Assembly (NCBI GenBank): GCA_039096225.1
Contig: JBBPEB010000028.1
Span: forward strand, 744,001-808,000
Reading direction: 5' to 3'
Source of the DNA: Blastocystis sp. Blastoise
Lineage: Eukaryota; Protista; Bigyra: Opalinata
DNA: 64,000 nt
This document shows, piece by piece, positions 32,362 through 51,201 of this stretch. Under the pieces are notes generated by a model. The model had not been told where the DNA came from, made no database searches, and saw nothing but the letters and a program-made list of their open reading frames with translations. A program made the position numbers and the translations under genes. Position 1 is the first letter of the stretch; the number at the start of each line of letters is the position of its first letter.

Positions 32362-33873
32362 TTATATATTATTTTCTTGTTCTTGTAATGATTGTAGATA
32401 TTCATTGAGATTATTCTGTAAGGATGGATCTTGTAATTCATACGGGTATTGATAAAACATCTGTTCAGCAATCTGTGTACCGGGATTCTCTTCTAAAACG
32501 ACATACAACGGCTCTACTGGCTCTTCTATGATTTCTATATCATTGCTTTCTTCTCCAGAAATATTTACATTCGTATTTTTTGGTTCTTCTATGATTTCTA
32601 TATCATTGCTTTCTTCTCCAGAAATATTTACATTCGTATTTTTCATTTCTATAGTCAAATTCTTCGGTTTATTCTGTTCACGTTGATTGATTTCTTCACA
32701 TTTCTCTTCTAATTGTTCCATAGATATTAATAATGGATTCATTTCTTTTGAAAATGGAGAGAAATCCAAAATATATATATTATCTTGTTTATCAACATAT
32801 ACATCAAGAACAACTATATAGATAAAGATATATATACATAAAATGAGAAGAATATGAATATTGATTGTATAGTATTGTATATACATACAATTCTCTAATG
32901 AAAAACGATCTACAACAATGGTTTCTACAAATTTCATTAAAATAGACTGTAAATGATCTTTCGATGATTTTAAGAACGAATAATACGTTGCTGAATCTTT
33001 CTGAGTTATAGCAATTAAGTAATAATGATATATAAAGAGTCTGAACTGCATAGAAGGAAACATTGTTGCCCATTGTAGTAATATGAGTTGAGGACAGAGA
33101 CTCTTAGATATTCCATTTGACTCCTGTTTATATGAATGACTATAGAAATATTTATCATTATTCTTTTTATTAATAATATAATAATATTTGAACAGGATAC
33201 ATATAAACAAATAGATCAATAATATATATATACATCTTTTGATAATCACTTTGAAGGATGCCACTACTTTTTAGAAACATAAATACATCTCCTGGGGTTT
33301 CACACTTCAAATTACCGGTCATCCATAAACAATCCTAAGAATAATTATTATTATACTGATTATTACATGTAGATTATATAAAAAAAAGATGAAAAAAAAA
33401 TACTTTTGGTGAATTCCAATTAGATTTTGGAAAGCAACAGCCATTTAATTCATTTATTGAGTCATTAATCATAATTTCTAAATCTTCAAAAACAGGAGGT
33501 TCGACCTATAAAGATATCTGAATAAATGAGTAACAATAAAGTGTTTAAAATGAATACTTCTTCTTCAGAAATATCTTCATCATCTGAATCAACTGATTCA
33601 ACCGTATTTGATTCATATCGTGGATCATAAACAGAGGAACAAATCATTTTAGGTAATAAAACACCATCTATTGATATTCATTTGAATAAGATATATTTTT
33701 CAGACTAGAGTATATAATCTTAATATACCTGTAAATAAGTATTCAATAAAATCATCTGATAATGAGATTGATCGAGACTTAATTGCATATTTTTTGAAAT
33801 AAGGATACCAACAATCGTGTGAACAAGCAAGTAGATCCTCATAAGATGATGTTTCGGGTATTCTAGAAGTCAT
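32362..33873 (-). CDS. CDC123: Cell division cycle protein 123 (D123, eIF2 assembly factor)
   Basis: CSHDCWYPYFKKYAIKS..I.LSDDFIEYL..DG, FPKSNWNSPK|DC.W, LKC.TP.DV...LKSS, LILLQW......QFRLFI....LIAITQKD, VLDVYV......ILDFSPF. Confidence 0.92.
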
Positions 33874-33999
33874 AATGAAAGAAAACAAATAATAAAGAAA
33901 TTGAAAAAAATGTTTTGTTTTTTTATAAATAAAAATTTCTTTGTTGCTTCTCGAAAAGAATCATTAGATATTTATATAAATTACAATTAAAATATATTT

Positions 34000-35826
34000 A
34001 TGGAGCAGCAAGAAGCACAAAAGATAATAAAACGACAATTAGTCAAAAGAAAGGCAATTCCTGAAAGTCTTCTAAATGATCCTGTTTTAAATGAAGCGAT
34101 TTCTGGTCTACCTACAAAATATAACTTCGAGATTCCAAAAACTATATTTAGAATCCGTGAATCAAAGGCAAAAGTAGTTGCATTACAATTTCCTGAGGGT
34201 TTAATGGTGTATTTAGTTTATTTGTTATTAGAAACATATTTAATATAATGAATTCTATTTTTAAATATAGTTATTCTGGTGGGATTGCTGATATCTTACA
34301 TCATTTTACAAATGCTGAAATGATTATTATGGGAGATGTTACTTATGGTGCATGCTGTGTTGATGATTTGACAGCTAGAAGATTAGGAGCTGAATTTCTT
34401 GTTCATTATGGTCACAGTTGTCTTGTTCCCATCACAACAACTAAATTACCAATGTTATATGTGTTTGTCGAAATTAAGATTGATGTGAAACATATTGTGG
34501 ATACTATAAAATTTAATATAGAGAAGAATCAACGAATAGCTATTTTAGGCACAATTCAATTCACAGCAGCCATCAATGCAGTTGCAAATGAATTAAAAGA
34601 TATCTATCCAGATTTTATTATTCCTCAAGTATTTTTATTTTTATTTTTATTTATTTTTATTATTATTGATTATTAAATATTCTTGTAATATACATATTAC
34701 TTATATATATAGCGTAAGCCATTGTCTAGAGGAGAAGTATTAGGGTGTACTTCACCTCAAATAGAGGATGTTGATATTATTGTATTTATTGCCGATGGAA
34801 GATTTCATATTGAAGTATATATATAATTTTATATCGTATTATAGCTTATATATTAAATATAAATATAATTATATATATAATACATAGAGTTGTATGATAT
34901 CGAATCCTCATATTAAATGCCTTCGTTACAATCCTTATGAGTATATATATATATTCTTATTTTTATAAATATATTCTTTATTCTTATTATTATTGTATTA
35001 TTAAGCATGTAACATATATATTTTTAAAACACAATTTTTTGATATATTACAATCATACAATTAAATTATATATATAGTCAAGAAATAACTCATGAAGAAT
35101 ATGATTATTCTAAAATGATGTCTATACGTCGTTCCTATATATTAAAAGCTTCAAAAGCAAAGAAATGGGGTATTATTTTAGGCACTTTGGGAAGACAAGT
35201 ATATATATAGATTATTATTATTATTCAATATATATATTATTTTTATTATTAATCAATATATATAATCATTATTCTTATGCATAAATATACTAATTATTCT
35301 TATATATATAATCATTATTCTTATACATAACTCTATATATATATAGGGAAATACAATAGTGATGAATCAAATAGTAGAATTACTAAAGAAGAGAAATAAA
35401 GAATATATCATTTTATTATTATCTGAAATCACTCCACAAAAAGTATATTATTATAATTGCTATTACTATTCTATATATACAATATTTCTTATATGTAACC
35501 ATCTTAAATACTTCTTTTTCTACATTATCAATAAATTTATTATACAATTTACTATCTATTTTTCTCTCTCATATCCTATCTATATATATTCTATATCTCT
35601 ATATATCTTTTAGTTAGCATTATATTCAACTATTGAATCATGGGTACAATTAGCATGTCCTCGTTTATCTATAGATTGGGGGATGTCTTTTGACACTCCT
35701 TTTCTTACTGTATATGAATCCTATGTCGCTTTAGGAGAAGTAGAATGGAAAGAAGAATATCCCATGGACTGGTATGCTAATGATGGAGGCATCTGGGGAA
35801 ATAACTCGAAGAAAGATTTACTATAA
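34000..35826 (+). CDS. DPH1: Diphthamide biosynthesis protein 1
   Basis: [76 protein letters not shown]|[17 protein letters not shown]. Confidence 0.96.
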
Positions 35827-36139
35827 GGACACTATATTATTTTGTTTTATTTTTAAGGATTTTATTTTGACATGCAGTGATTTTGTTCGTTGATCCTTTT
35901 AATAAGTTATCTTTTTTTTTAATATTTTTATTGAACGCTTCTATTCATAAATTTCGTTTCTACACTGAGTAATACGATGTTCATCATTAAAACAACAATA
36001 AACCTTTGAAATGTTACTATAGAATATTCAGACTAAAGCTGAATACATTTCAGTCAGTTTCACGAAAACCATTTTTTTTTTTTAATACCAATTTTATTCT
36101 TAATATATACAATATATTAATTTAAAAAATCGAATAACA

Positions 36140-40158
<4,019 letters not shown>

Positions 40159-40512
40159 TGCTCTTAAATACAACATTTATTTTTTTTGTGTTTTTTTTTT
40201 CAATTTATGCTATTTCAACGTTTTATAAAAATAATTTTGTCAGTTCATGATTTGTATAGTCATCTTATTGTGATATTTATCGTTATAAGGCATATAATAA
40301 AAACCAATTGAAAATTAATTCTTGACAAATGTTCTAAATAATCAAACTATTGTTTTATTGCATTATAAATATTTTTTATACCAATTTTAAAATGTGCTTC
40401 ATATTTTATAAAAACATTTTTGCTACAATTTGATACAATTTTGGAGAAGATATTCAAACAACATCATTAAGTGTTAAATTCCTCAAATATTTATTTAAAA
40501 ATTCATATAATT

Positions 40513-41809
40513 TAGAGATTTACAAAAAACCGTATATGAATATATCACCGGTTTTTTTTTGAGAAAACCGTATATACGGTTTTTTATTTTACTTATATCT
40601 CTTTTAATGTTTTTTTTTTATTGTTTATTAATTATGTATATTCATAAGAATTATAGTTGTAATAGAAAGAAACTTAGAAAAAAAAGAAACAATTCCATTT
40701 GTTGACATTGTTCACAAAGTATCTTCGAATTTATTGTTTACTATATTATGATAATGTTAATTATGTTATGTATATATGTAAAAACTAATATTGTTGAAAT
40801 ACTCATGATATAAGTACTATTTTATAAGCAATTAATTATTTAATTTGATATTTTTTATACTATAATATTTCTCCTTTACTATAAATGCTATTTAATACAC
40901 AATAAACTAATATAATCAACATTTGATGAGCTTTAAAAAACTACATATTCTGTGAAATGTTTTTAATATCTTTCAGATTAATGTGCTCTATCATGTCAAC
41001 ATCTTCATAAATAATTACATATCATAAATTATAACTGATATTACATTTTCACTAATTGTACATTGATTCTATTTTTATTTGACTCATTAATAGTAGTAAT
41101 GATTCATTTATACTTTATATCTCTCTATATAAATATTTCATGCTTTTAATATAGCTATAACTAGTATTTAAGAGAATAAAAAACATCATTCATTTTATGA
41201 TAGATAAATTTCAATGAAATTATAATAATATTATAAAATACATTGAGAAGTGATGATATATATCATATTATGTAATTATTTATAATATAGAGTCAAATAT
41301 AGCCGATAATGTAAAAAAATGTTATAGTCACGGATTCATTGTATTTCCAAAAGAAGTTACTTCATTTTATATTGATAAACGCAGATTAGAGTATTGAATA
41401 AGAACAATTAACTGATTCAATCAAAATGGACAAAAAGTGATTACTATCAATAGAGTTTAATCTACCCATAACTTGCTTGAGATTATCAGAAACAGTTATT
41501 ATATGTTTGTAATATGACTAGATTAAGCTTAAATCTCTTTATTGTCTATATAATCTAATTAATAATAAAATATTTCTAAAAGAATATCAAGAAATAACTT
41601 AAATATATGAATAAGCCTGATATAACACTTATAAAACAAAAAACAATTTTAAAAAATTAATATTTGACTTTATATAAGTAAAATAAAATTCATATACGGT
41701 TTTAAAACCGAATATGGAATTTTGACTGAGAAATGAAAAAACCGTATATACGGTTTTCTCAAAAAAAAAAGCGGTGATATATTCATATACGGTTTTTTGT
41801 AAATCTCTA
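40513..41809. mobile_element. Non-autonomous hAT-type DNA transposon, 1297 bp, long terminal inverted repeats, 8-bp TSD
   Basis: Left end TAGAGATTTACAAAAAACCGTATATGAATATATCACCG..GAGAAAACCGTATATACGG is the reverse complement of the right end (...GTAAATCTCTA). ATATAATT is duplicated at 40505-40512 and 41810-41817. A TAG terminus with an 8-bp TSD is typical of hAT. Confidence 0.9.
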
Positions 41810-41890
41810 ATATAATTTTTGATAATGTGTTTTTTAGTGAACTTAAGCAAAAGGAAAGTTTTAAAAAGAAGGGTTTTTTCATTATTATTA

Positions 41891-42989
41891 ATGTCCATGG
41901 ATATTGATCCTTTGGAAGATATTTGTGAATCAACACGTCAACTTCTTGATCCTACAAGAATAGATTATGTTCCTGATGCATATTTTGCAATTAATTCCAA
42001 GAATGTGATTGGCTGTGACTCTATTTATGGATACGAAGATATAGAAGAAGTGAGCACAGCAGTTTCGATATTATTACTAGATTCTATTGACTCTTCTGTA
42101 ACTAATCTTCAAAGTATCGTCCTATGCTCAAAAAAAGAGACTTGTTTTGAAGTGTTTTCAAGGTTTATGGGTCTTACGAATTCTTCTTGTAAAATCCGTT
42201 CTCATGTATCTGTAGGTGGTATGAAAATTAGTAGAGATGTTCAAGGTTTAAAGAGTAGTATGTTTTCATATTTATTATTTAAAGATATTCATTGTGATAT
42301 GAATAGATCCACATATTTTATTTTGTTCTCCTGGACGACTGATAAGACTTCAAGAAGAATCTTTATTAGATTTATCAAATATTCAAAATATTTTTGTTTT
42401 TGAAGGAGAATTTCTACTCTCAAAAACATTAATCCATAGTGTATATATTCATTATTATATTTATTATTATATTTATTATTCTATTTATTATTTTTATTGA
42501 TTTATATTTATTATATGTATTATTATATTTATTATTATATATAGACTATTCGTTGTTTGCATATGATTCGAGAAATTCATCAAACAATATTTTTGTTTGA
42601 TTCCCACGGTTTGAATGAGGAATCTATATCTACGTCTATTCTTAACCCATTATCAAAACAACTTAATTGTCCTCAAGTATTTATTATATATATTTTTATT
42701 ATAAGTTTTTATATGCTTTTATAATATATATTTATAATATATATTTTTTATATTCAATTAGATATATAAATATTTATTATGATTATTCAACTTAATAATA
42801 TATATATAGTATATTCCCTGTATATATCCCACACCTTATATGAAACAGAAATCTATTAATAATAATGATTTACTAACTACATGTCAAAAACAACAATCAA
42901 TTTCTCATTTAATACCTTCTTATGGTATATATAAATATTTTTTAACTTTTTACTTATTATTTTTATATATATTTTATAGTTTTATTGAG

Positions 42990-43037
<48 letters not shown>

Positions 43038-43994
43038 CATCTCAGTCACCTTTAAAAAGAGGTAGTTGCATATTAAAATATATTCTTAATCATGAAATCT
43101 CTACCTTATCATCATCAGATATATCTACTTCTGCTTCTGTTTCTACTTCTCCTTCTATTCCAATAGAATCTCTACATAGTAATAAAGAGAATAAAGAGAA
43201 TAAAGAGACTACTACTAATACTCTATCTTCTTCAATTATTGAAAAAAATATATCTAAAAAGAATTCTAAAAGAATTGTGTTGTTTACGTCATCTGAAGTA
43301 TATACACAAATACTTTATGATCTATTCTATTCACTTAAAACGTATATATATATTATTTTTTTTAATGTTATTTTTTTTTCATATTTTTAAATTTATTTAA
43401 CTATTATATTTCTTTTTCAATATGTTTATATATATATACATTTAGTTGTATTGTGATTCAAATAAATGAAGAATCATTATATAAGGATATAAAAGCACGT
43501 GTGAAACGAATTCGAGATGGCGGGAATATGATTATTATTATTTCTGATTCTCTTATTCATCTTCTACCCTCTGTTCTCTATTCTTCATTTGTATATATAA
43601 ATATATATAAATATATATAAATATATATAAATATAATTAATAATAATAATAATATATATATCTAGTATCATATTACACTTCCATTAACGTCGGCATTATT
43701 TATAAATCGATTGTATTTTCTGGATGAATCTTTATATATACAACAATCGTTATCTGAAAATAATTCAGATGAAAATCAGTCAAATATATCTTCTTCTATT
43801 TCTTCTCATGTATTTATATCTGAAAATGAAATATCTGTAATACAAGGATTATATAAACAATTCAACTTAATACTAGAAGAAGGAGAACCTATTGATATTG
43901 ATATATATTCTATTAATGGAAATAAATTCGATAATATGTCTATTACTGTATATTTATATATTGTGCATCTTATAACATCATATTTATTATTCTA

Positions 43995-44026
<32 letters not shown>

Positions 44027-45238
44027 CTCACTTTTATTCTACATTTTTTAATTTTATTTATATTCATATAAATATATGTTATGTATATATACTATTTCCA
44101 GATGGATCCAAAACAGTTAGTGTCCGCCAATGATACGAAGAGTAATGAAATAGGTATAAATACTGAGTCATCAGAAATATCAACAGAACTGAAGGATACT
44201 GAACACTCGACTATTACTATAAAGAATTCATTGTCTGTTTCACCTTCTTCTTCAAATTCTCCTTCTTCTATTAATAATCCTACTAATAATAATTTAGAAT
44301 CCAATATACATAATTTAATGCATACACCACGAGTAATATCTCCTCTTTTTCCTTCTATAAATGAACCTGAGCAGTTCTCTATAGATATAAATAAAATGCC
44401 TACTACTCTTCAAGACACAACATCTCCTCCTTCTATAATACCCTTACCTCCTCTTCTTAGTATGAAAGCACCTTCATTTTATAAACAAATACCTAGTCCT
44501 TATTTTAAAGTATCTACTTACAGAGAGAAACAAAAAAGTACGAAATCGTTAGATTCTTCCAATCAAAGTGAACAAATGTCAACAGGATTGAATTATAATC
44601 CTGTAAATGTAATTAATAATGATATGAATGATAATAATATGAATAATAATAATAATAATATGAATACTATAAATACAGATGCATTGAATCCAGTAACAGC
44701 AGAACCATTAATATTTAGTTCACTACCAGAGACTTCTCCCAACCCTGTTATATCCCCGCTCTCTTTATCTTCTGAGCCACATCTCTTACCAACAGCTACT
44801 ATATCCTCTATTCCTATTCATCAATATAATACACCTAATAATCAACAATATAATATACCATATAATCAACAATATATTCAACAATATAATACACCTAATA
44901 ATCAACAATATATTCAGCAATATAATACACCTAATAATCAACAATATAATATCCCTAATATTCAACAATATAATACACCTAATAATCAACAATATAATAC
45001 ACCATACTCTACTCAAGCTACTACTGCTACTACTTTTTATTCTCCTATAAATCCATTATTATCAAATCATTATTATACAAGTCAACAAATCATAGAAAAC
45101 CAAAATACATGTATGAATCCTATATATAATCAAGTAGAACAGAAAACAGAAGATAAAGACAAGAAGAATAAATTGGACATTCTTAAGAATAAAGTGAAAC
45201 AAGGATATGTCTGCCAAAATGCTAAATACTTTATATAA
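41891..45238 (+). CDS. Degenerate eIF4A-like DEAD-box fold protein (probable pseudo-helicase) with S/P/N-rich tail
   Basis: LQSIVLCSKKETC (Ia), HVSVGG (GG doublet), PHILFCSPGRL (Ib), LDLSNIQNIFVFEGE (motif II position); no GxGKT; tail with QQYNTPNN repeats. Confidence 0.7.
44820..45005 (+). repeat. Coding Q/Y/N/P-rich tandem repeats (QQYNTPNN, ~24-bp core)
   Basis: CAACAATATAATACACCTAATAAT and variants repeated about 7 times. Confidence 0.9.
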
Positions 45239-45880
45239 ATATATTTATTAAAAAGAATCATATTTATATGTTATTCTTTTCTATCTTTTTTTTAATATTT
45301 ATTTATTGCATATCTAGTTTTGTCTAAATTGGTCTTATCATCAAAATTCATTCTTTTTAAAAGAAAGTAATTTTTCTAATTTATAGTACTACTTGCTTTT
45401 TTAAACTTAATTTATTGAATATCTTGTATATGGATCTTAAAGAAACGGGCTAAAAAAGAATTGTGGTATGAAATTTAATTTTGTTTCTTTTAATCACAGA
45501 AATATTTCTACACTAGACATATATAGAAAAAATCATATATGCATCTACTTGCAAAAAATATCTTTTAAACGAATCCACATCATCTGAAATAAAAAGAATC
45601 AAAAGCAAACAAACAGCAACATAATTATTTCTTTTTATATTCTACTAATTTCATAATTCTTCGATACTTAATATAAAAGAGTATAGAACATAATTATTTT
45701 AGAGATATTCATAATAAGAGAGACAGAAAACAAAAATGAAATTTAAACAACTGATGCTGAAATCATTTAAAAATCTGTTTTTGAGAGAAAAATAACGCAA
45801 TAAACTGACTGATTGAATCTGATTCTATTAAAAAGACAAACATAGTTTTTTATTAGCTATTCTGCATTTAAAAAGAAGAG

Positions 45881-46865
45881 ATGAACATTAGTATATAGTT
45901 AGATTGATATAAACATATGAAAAATAGGTGTGGAAGTGAATAAATTTGTAGAAGGTGAAATCAACAAACAAAAACAGTCATGGAAATCGTTCAATAATGA
46001 ATTTCCTCATGGTATAAAGCCAGGAGATGCTATTCCTCTGTTACCAAATACTAATCAAGTGGATTATTATTCAGTTCTTGGAATTACTACTAGTGCATCT
46101 CAAGAAGACATCAATGTTGCTGCAAAGTCTATGAAGAGTTTTTATCATCCTGATAAGTTCACTAGATGGATTAATAAACATAATTTAAAATTTGATGCTT
46201 TGTTGATGGATGAATCAAGAAGGATATTTCAATTAGCTTCTGATGCATATGCTGTACATATATTTATTTTCTTTTCATTTTTATTTTTTAGATAAAAAAT
46301 TTATATATATATTCAATTCTTATATTTATACTATTAGTATGTATATTATTTTCTGTATAGACAATAGGAGATGAGAGTCGTCGGAATCAGTATGATAGTG
46401 ATTATTGTATACAAACAATTGAAGATCTCTCCAAAAAAGTATTTATAGTTGTTTAAAATAATTTCTCACATATATATATATTATATATATATTATATATA
46501 TATATAGATATATATAAGTGAAAAAGAGCGTGCTGAAAGAGATATTGAAAATATGAAGATCATGTATACAGACGTCATAGATAGTGAGCATGACGTCATC
46601 GGAGGTGGACTCGTCATCATTGATGCTTATTATGGTGTCTTTCCCAAGGAAATTAGTCCTTATAAACCTATTGAAGATCAAGTATATATTTATTTGTTAT
46701 TATTATATATTATTATTATATATTATTATTATATATTATTATTATATATTATTATATATATATATTATTATTATTATATAGGCTTATGGACCTTATGAAA
46801 ATGTTATTGTTCCTATGACATGTGCTATTAATAAATCACGAATCTGGATTATCAATACATCAAGT

Positions 46866-46934
<69 letters not shown>

Positions 46935-47001
46935 GATACATATCAGGATATTCCTTCGTTTTCCACGGGAACAGGATTCTATGATGTAGCACCTGGACAA
47001 G

Positions 47002-47033
<32 letters not shown>

Positions 47034-47117
47034 TCTAAAAAAATAAAATTTATATAAATATATATATAGATAAAACGACTTGTTGTTCGTTATTTATTTA
47101 AGAATGATCATCATCAA

Positions 47118-47158
<41 letters not shown>

Positions 47159-47202
47159 GGTAGTATATAGTGATGATGATGCTGTTTCTATACCCATGAG
47201 AA

Positions 47203-47258
<56 letters not shown>

Positions 47259-47485
47259 CTTTCTATAGGTCATAAGATATCTTTAAGAAATGATTGGAAG
47301 TATATATATATATATATATGTACATATAATAATAATTATTATTATATAGATCTAAACAAAAACATATAAAGTCAAAAACAGATATTCAAAAGAAACCAAA
47401 GAAGGATGTCTTATTCTATCTATTATGTTCTATTATTGGTATATCTGCATTTTCAATTCTTAAACGTATTTTCTCTAAAAAGTAA
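45881..47485 (+). CDS. DNAJC11-like co-chaperone: J-domain + DUF3395-like domain + C-terminal tail anchor
   Basis: DYYSVLG...YHPDK; GLVIIDAYYG, NVIVPMTCAI, GFYDVAPGQ|IKRLVVRYLFKNDHHQ|VVYSDDDAVSIPMR|SHKI. The last exon ends VLFYLLCSIIGISAFSILKRIFSKK*. Confidence 0.8.
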
Positions 47486-48355
47486 TTCATTCATTTTTTT
47501 GTGTTTTTTTCTCATTTCCATTATCATTCTTTCCCTAGATATATATATATATATATTCCTTCAGTTGTTTTTCAAAATATCTTTTATTCTATTCTTTACA
47601 GAATAAATAAAGATATTCTAACTTTCATATCACTTATACTAGCTATTTTAATGCATATGAATAAAAAATATTATGTAAAAGAAGAATAATTATATTTGAA
47701 ATTCTCAAAAATAGAATTTTTTTTTCTTAAACTATGTAATGAACTTTAGCTATTCAGTTCATACTCAGTCAATGCATTGATTCTTGCAAATATCCTCATA
47801 TCGAATAAGCCTGTAGACAACAATTGAATTATCAAAAACTATAGAACGCAGCTATAAAGACTTAGAAAATAACTGAAAAAAACCTGATAATTGTTCTGCA
47901 TTATATGAATATATTGAAATGAAGAAATCAAATAAAAATTTATTTGATAAAAATATAATTCTAATTCACGTGTTCTATTTATTATCTATAAGGCTATATA
48001 GACTCATTCGCTAATGATTTCAGATGTAATATAGAGAGTCAGTACAAAAACAATTTCAGTAAAAAAATGAAAACATAGAATACTAACAAAAACGAGTTTC
48101 CTATGGTTTTCAGAGGACGTCTTCATCATGAAAACATAATGAAAAAACTAGTAATTGAGTTATATCAAAAAACTATGTTATTAAAAAAGGAAGAACTGAA
48201 CAACTACAGATAACCGCGATTTTTTAGATTTACACTAGTAAATTTAGGTTTTTCCACTGTATATATTTCTACAAGAAAAATGACTATCTTTTAGAATAAA
48301 CTCAGTTTTCTGTACATATTTATTTTATCATAATCGTTTATTCTATCAACCTAAA

Positions 48356-49005
48356 ATGTTCAGCTTTTTAAAGAAGAAGCCTTCTCTTCAAGATATCCTT
48401 TCATTCTTATATTTATTTATTTGTTTGATTACGTCTAGTTATTCTTTTCCATTTTTGATTCTATATTTGTTTCTTTAATATGTTTTACACCAAATCATTC
48501 AAATTAAGGTCAATGGCAAGATGTTAGAAAGTCAATCTAAGCAAGCTATGAAGAGAGCTAAGCAACATGAAACTAAAATGAAAAACGTATATTATTATAT
48601 TCATTGTTTTTTATTTTTTATTTTGTGAATGTGTTATTTATAATACAAGCAAGTTTAAAGATCTTTTTATTTCTTTCTATTTTCTTTTTAAAATTAATTT
48701 GTTGATCAAGAATTCTATTCATTTATTAATATAGTGTATTAAGAAGGGAGAAATGGAAACTGCTCAAGTTTTCGCTGAAGTATGTAAATATATTCATTTT
48801 TTAATGTATTCATATTAATCCATTTGTATATATAGAGTATGATTCGTTGTAAGAATGAATCTATTCAATTACAAAGAACTGCCAATCAAATGGAAGCTGT
48901 TGCTGATGTTCTTAACTCTCAAGCTCAAGCTCAAATTGTATAGATTTATATATTATTATATTGGTTAGAATATTATGAGTTTTTATTAGTTGTTATTATT
49001 ATTTA

Positions 49006-49042
<37 letters not shown>

Positions 49043-49153
49043 TGGTACTCTTGGTACAACCGTTAATGCTCTTGCTTGTGCTTCTGAAAACTTAAATGCC
49101 AATTATATATATATTTATTATTATTATATTTATTATATTTATTATTATTATTA

Positions 49154-49203
<50 letters not shown>

Positions 49204-49616
49204 TATTATTATATATATTATTATGTATAGATTACAAATACATTAAAACAATTTTCTAGTCTTGCAAATGAACTTGGTGTTCAGTATGTTTAATACTTAT
49301 TTTTATATATTTATTTATTTATTTATTTATTTATAGAACTCAATTTATGAATGAAAAGATTAGTGAAAGTCAATCTACTAATACTGATCAAGTATATATT
49401 ATTATTCTATCTTCAATTATATTATACTTTTAATTACTATTCTTTACTCTCTAGTCTGAAGTTAATGGTGTGATGAAGGAAGCTATGATGCAGATGGGAT
49501 ATGAAGTGAGTGAAGGATTTGATGGTGTGCCTGTTGCTAAACCTAAGGAGAAAGAAGCTGAAAATAATGGTGGTGTTGCTACAAGTGATCTTGCAAGTCG
49601 TTTAAATAGCCTTTAA
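48356..49616 (+). CDS. CHMP1: ESCRT-III accessory subunit CHMP1 (Did2/Vps46)
   Basis: SLQDQIIQIKVNGKMLESQSKQ, CIKKGEMETAQVFAESMIRCKNESIQLQRTANQMEAVA, LKQF, and C-terminal MIM1 DLASRLNSL*. Largely missed by the ORF track. Confidence 0.9.
48393..48488 (+). other. U12-type (minor spliceosome) AT-AC intron, CHMP1 intron 1
   Basis: 5' ATATCCTTT, branch-like TTCTTTAAT with A at 48478, 3' TTTAC. Removal restores the frame (caa g|ac caa = Q D Q). Confidence 0.9.
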
Positions 49617-49975
49617 ATCAATCTCTCTTTCTATTTTTGGTCCATTATATATATATATTATTATGGATTCATTCCTTATTTTACTATTCACTCATAGTAT
49701 TCGATCATTTTTTTTTGTATATTTTCGTATCTCGTTTTATTTTTGTACTATTAAATATATTTATATTCTTCATACATTTTAATTGTGCTTATAAAACTAC
49801 TTTTGTTACTTAAAAATTAATTTGTTCTAAAACATAGTTTTCTTTATGAATATATAGATAAATAAGATAGTTACTCGTATATTAAAATAAAAACTAAGAT
49901 CTACAAGCCACAAATTTAAATAAAAACAGAATAAACGATAATAATAACAACTATACACTATATACAAATATATAT

Positions 49976-51201
<1,226 letters not shown>

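Noticed and set aside
41629-41936. Minus-strand ORFs over the right end of the transposon as a transposase
   Set aside because: Short, no DDE or hAT dimerisation motifs; they are translations of the TIR.
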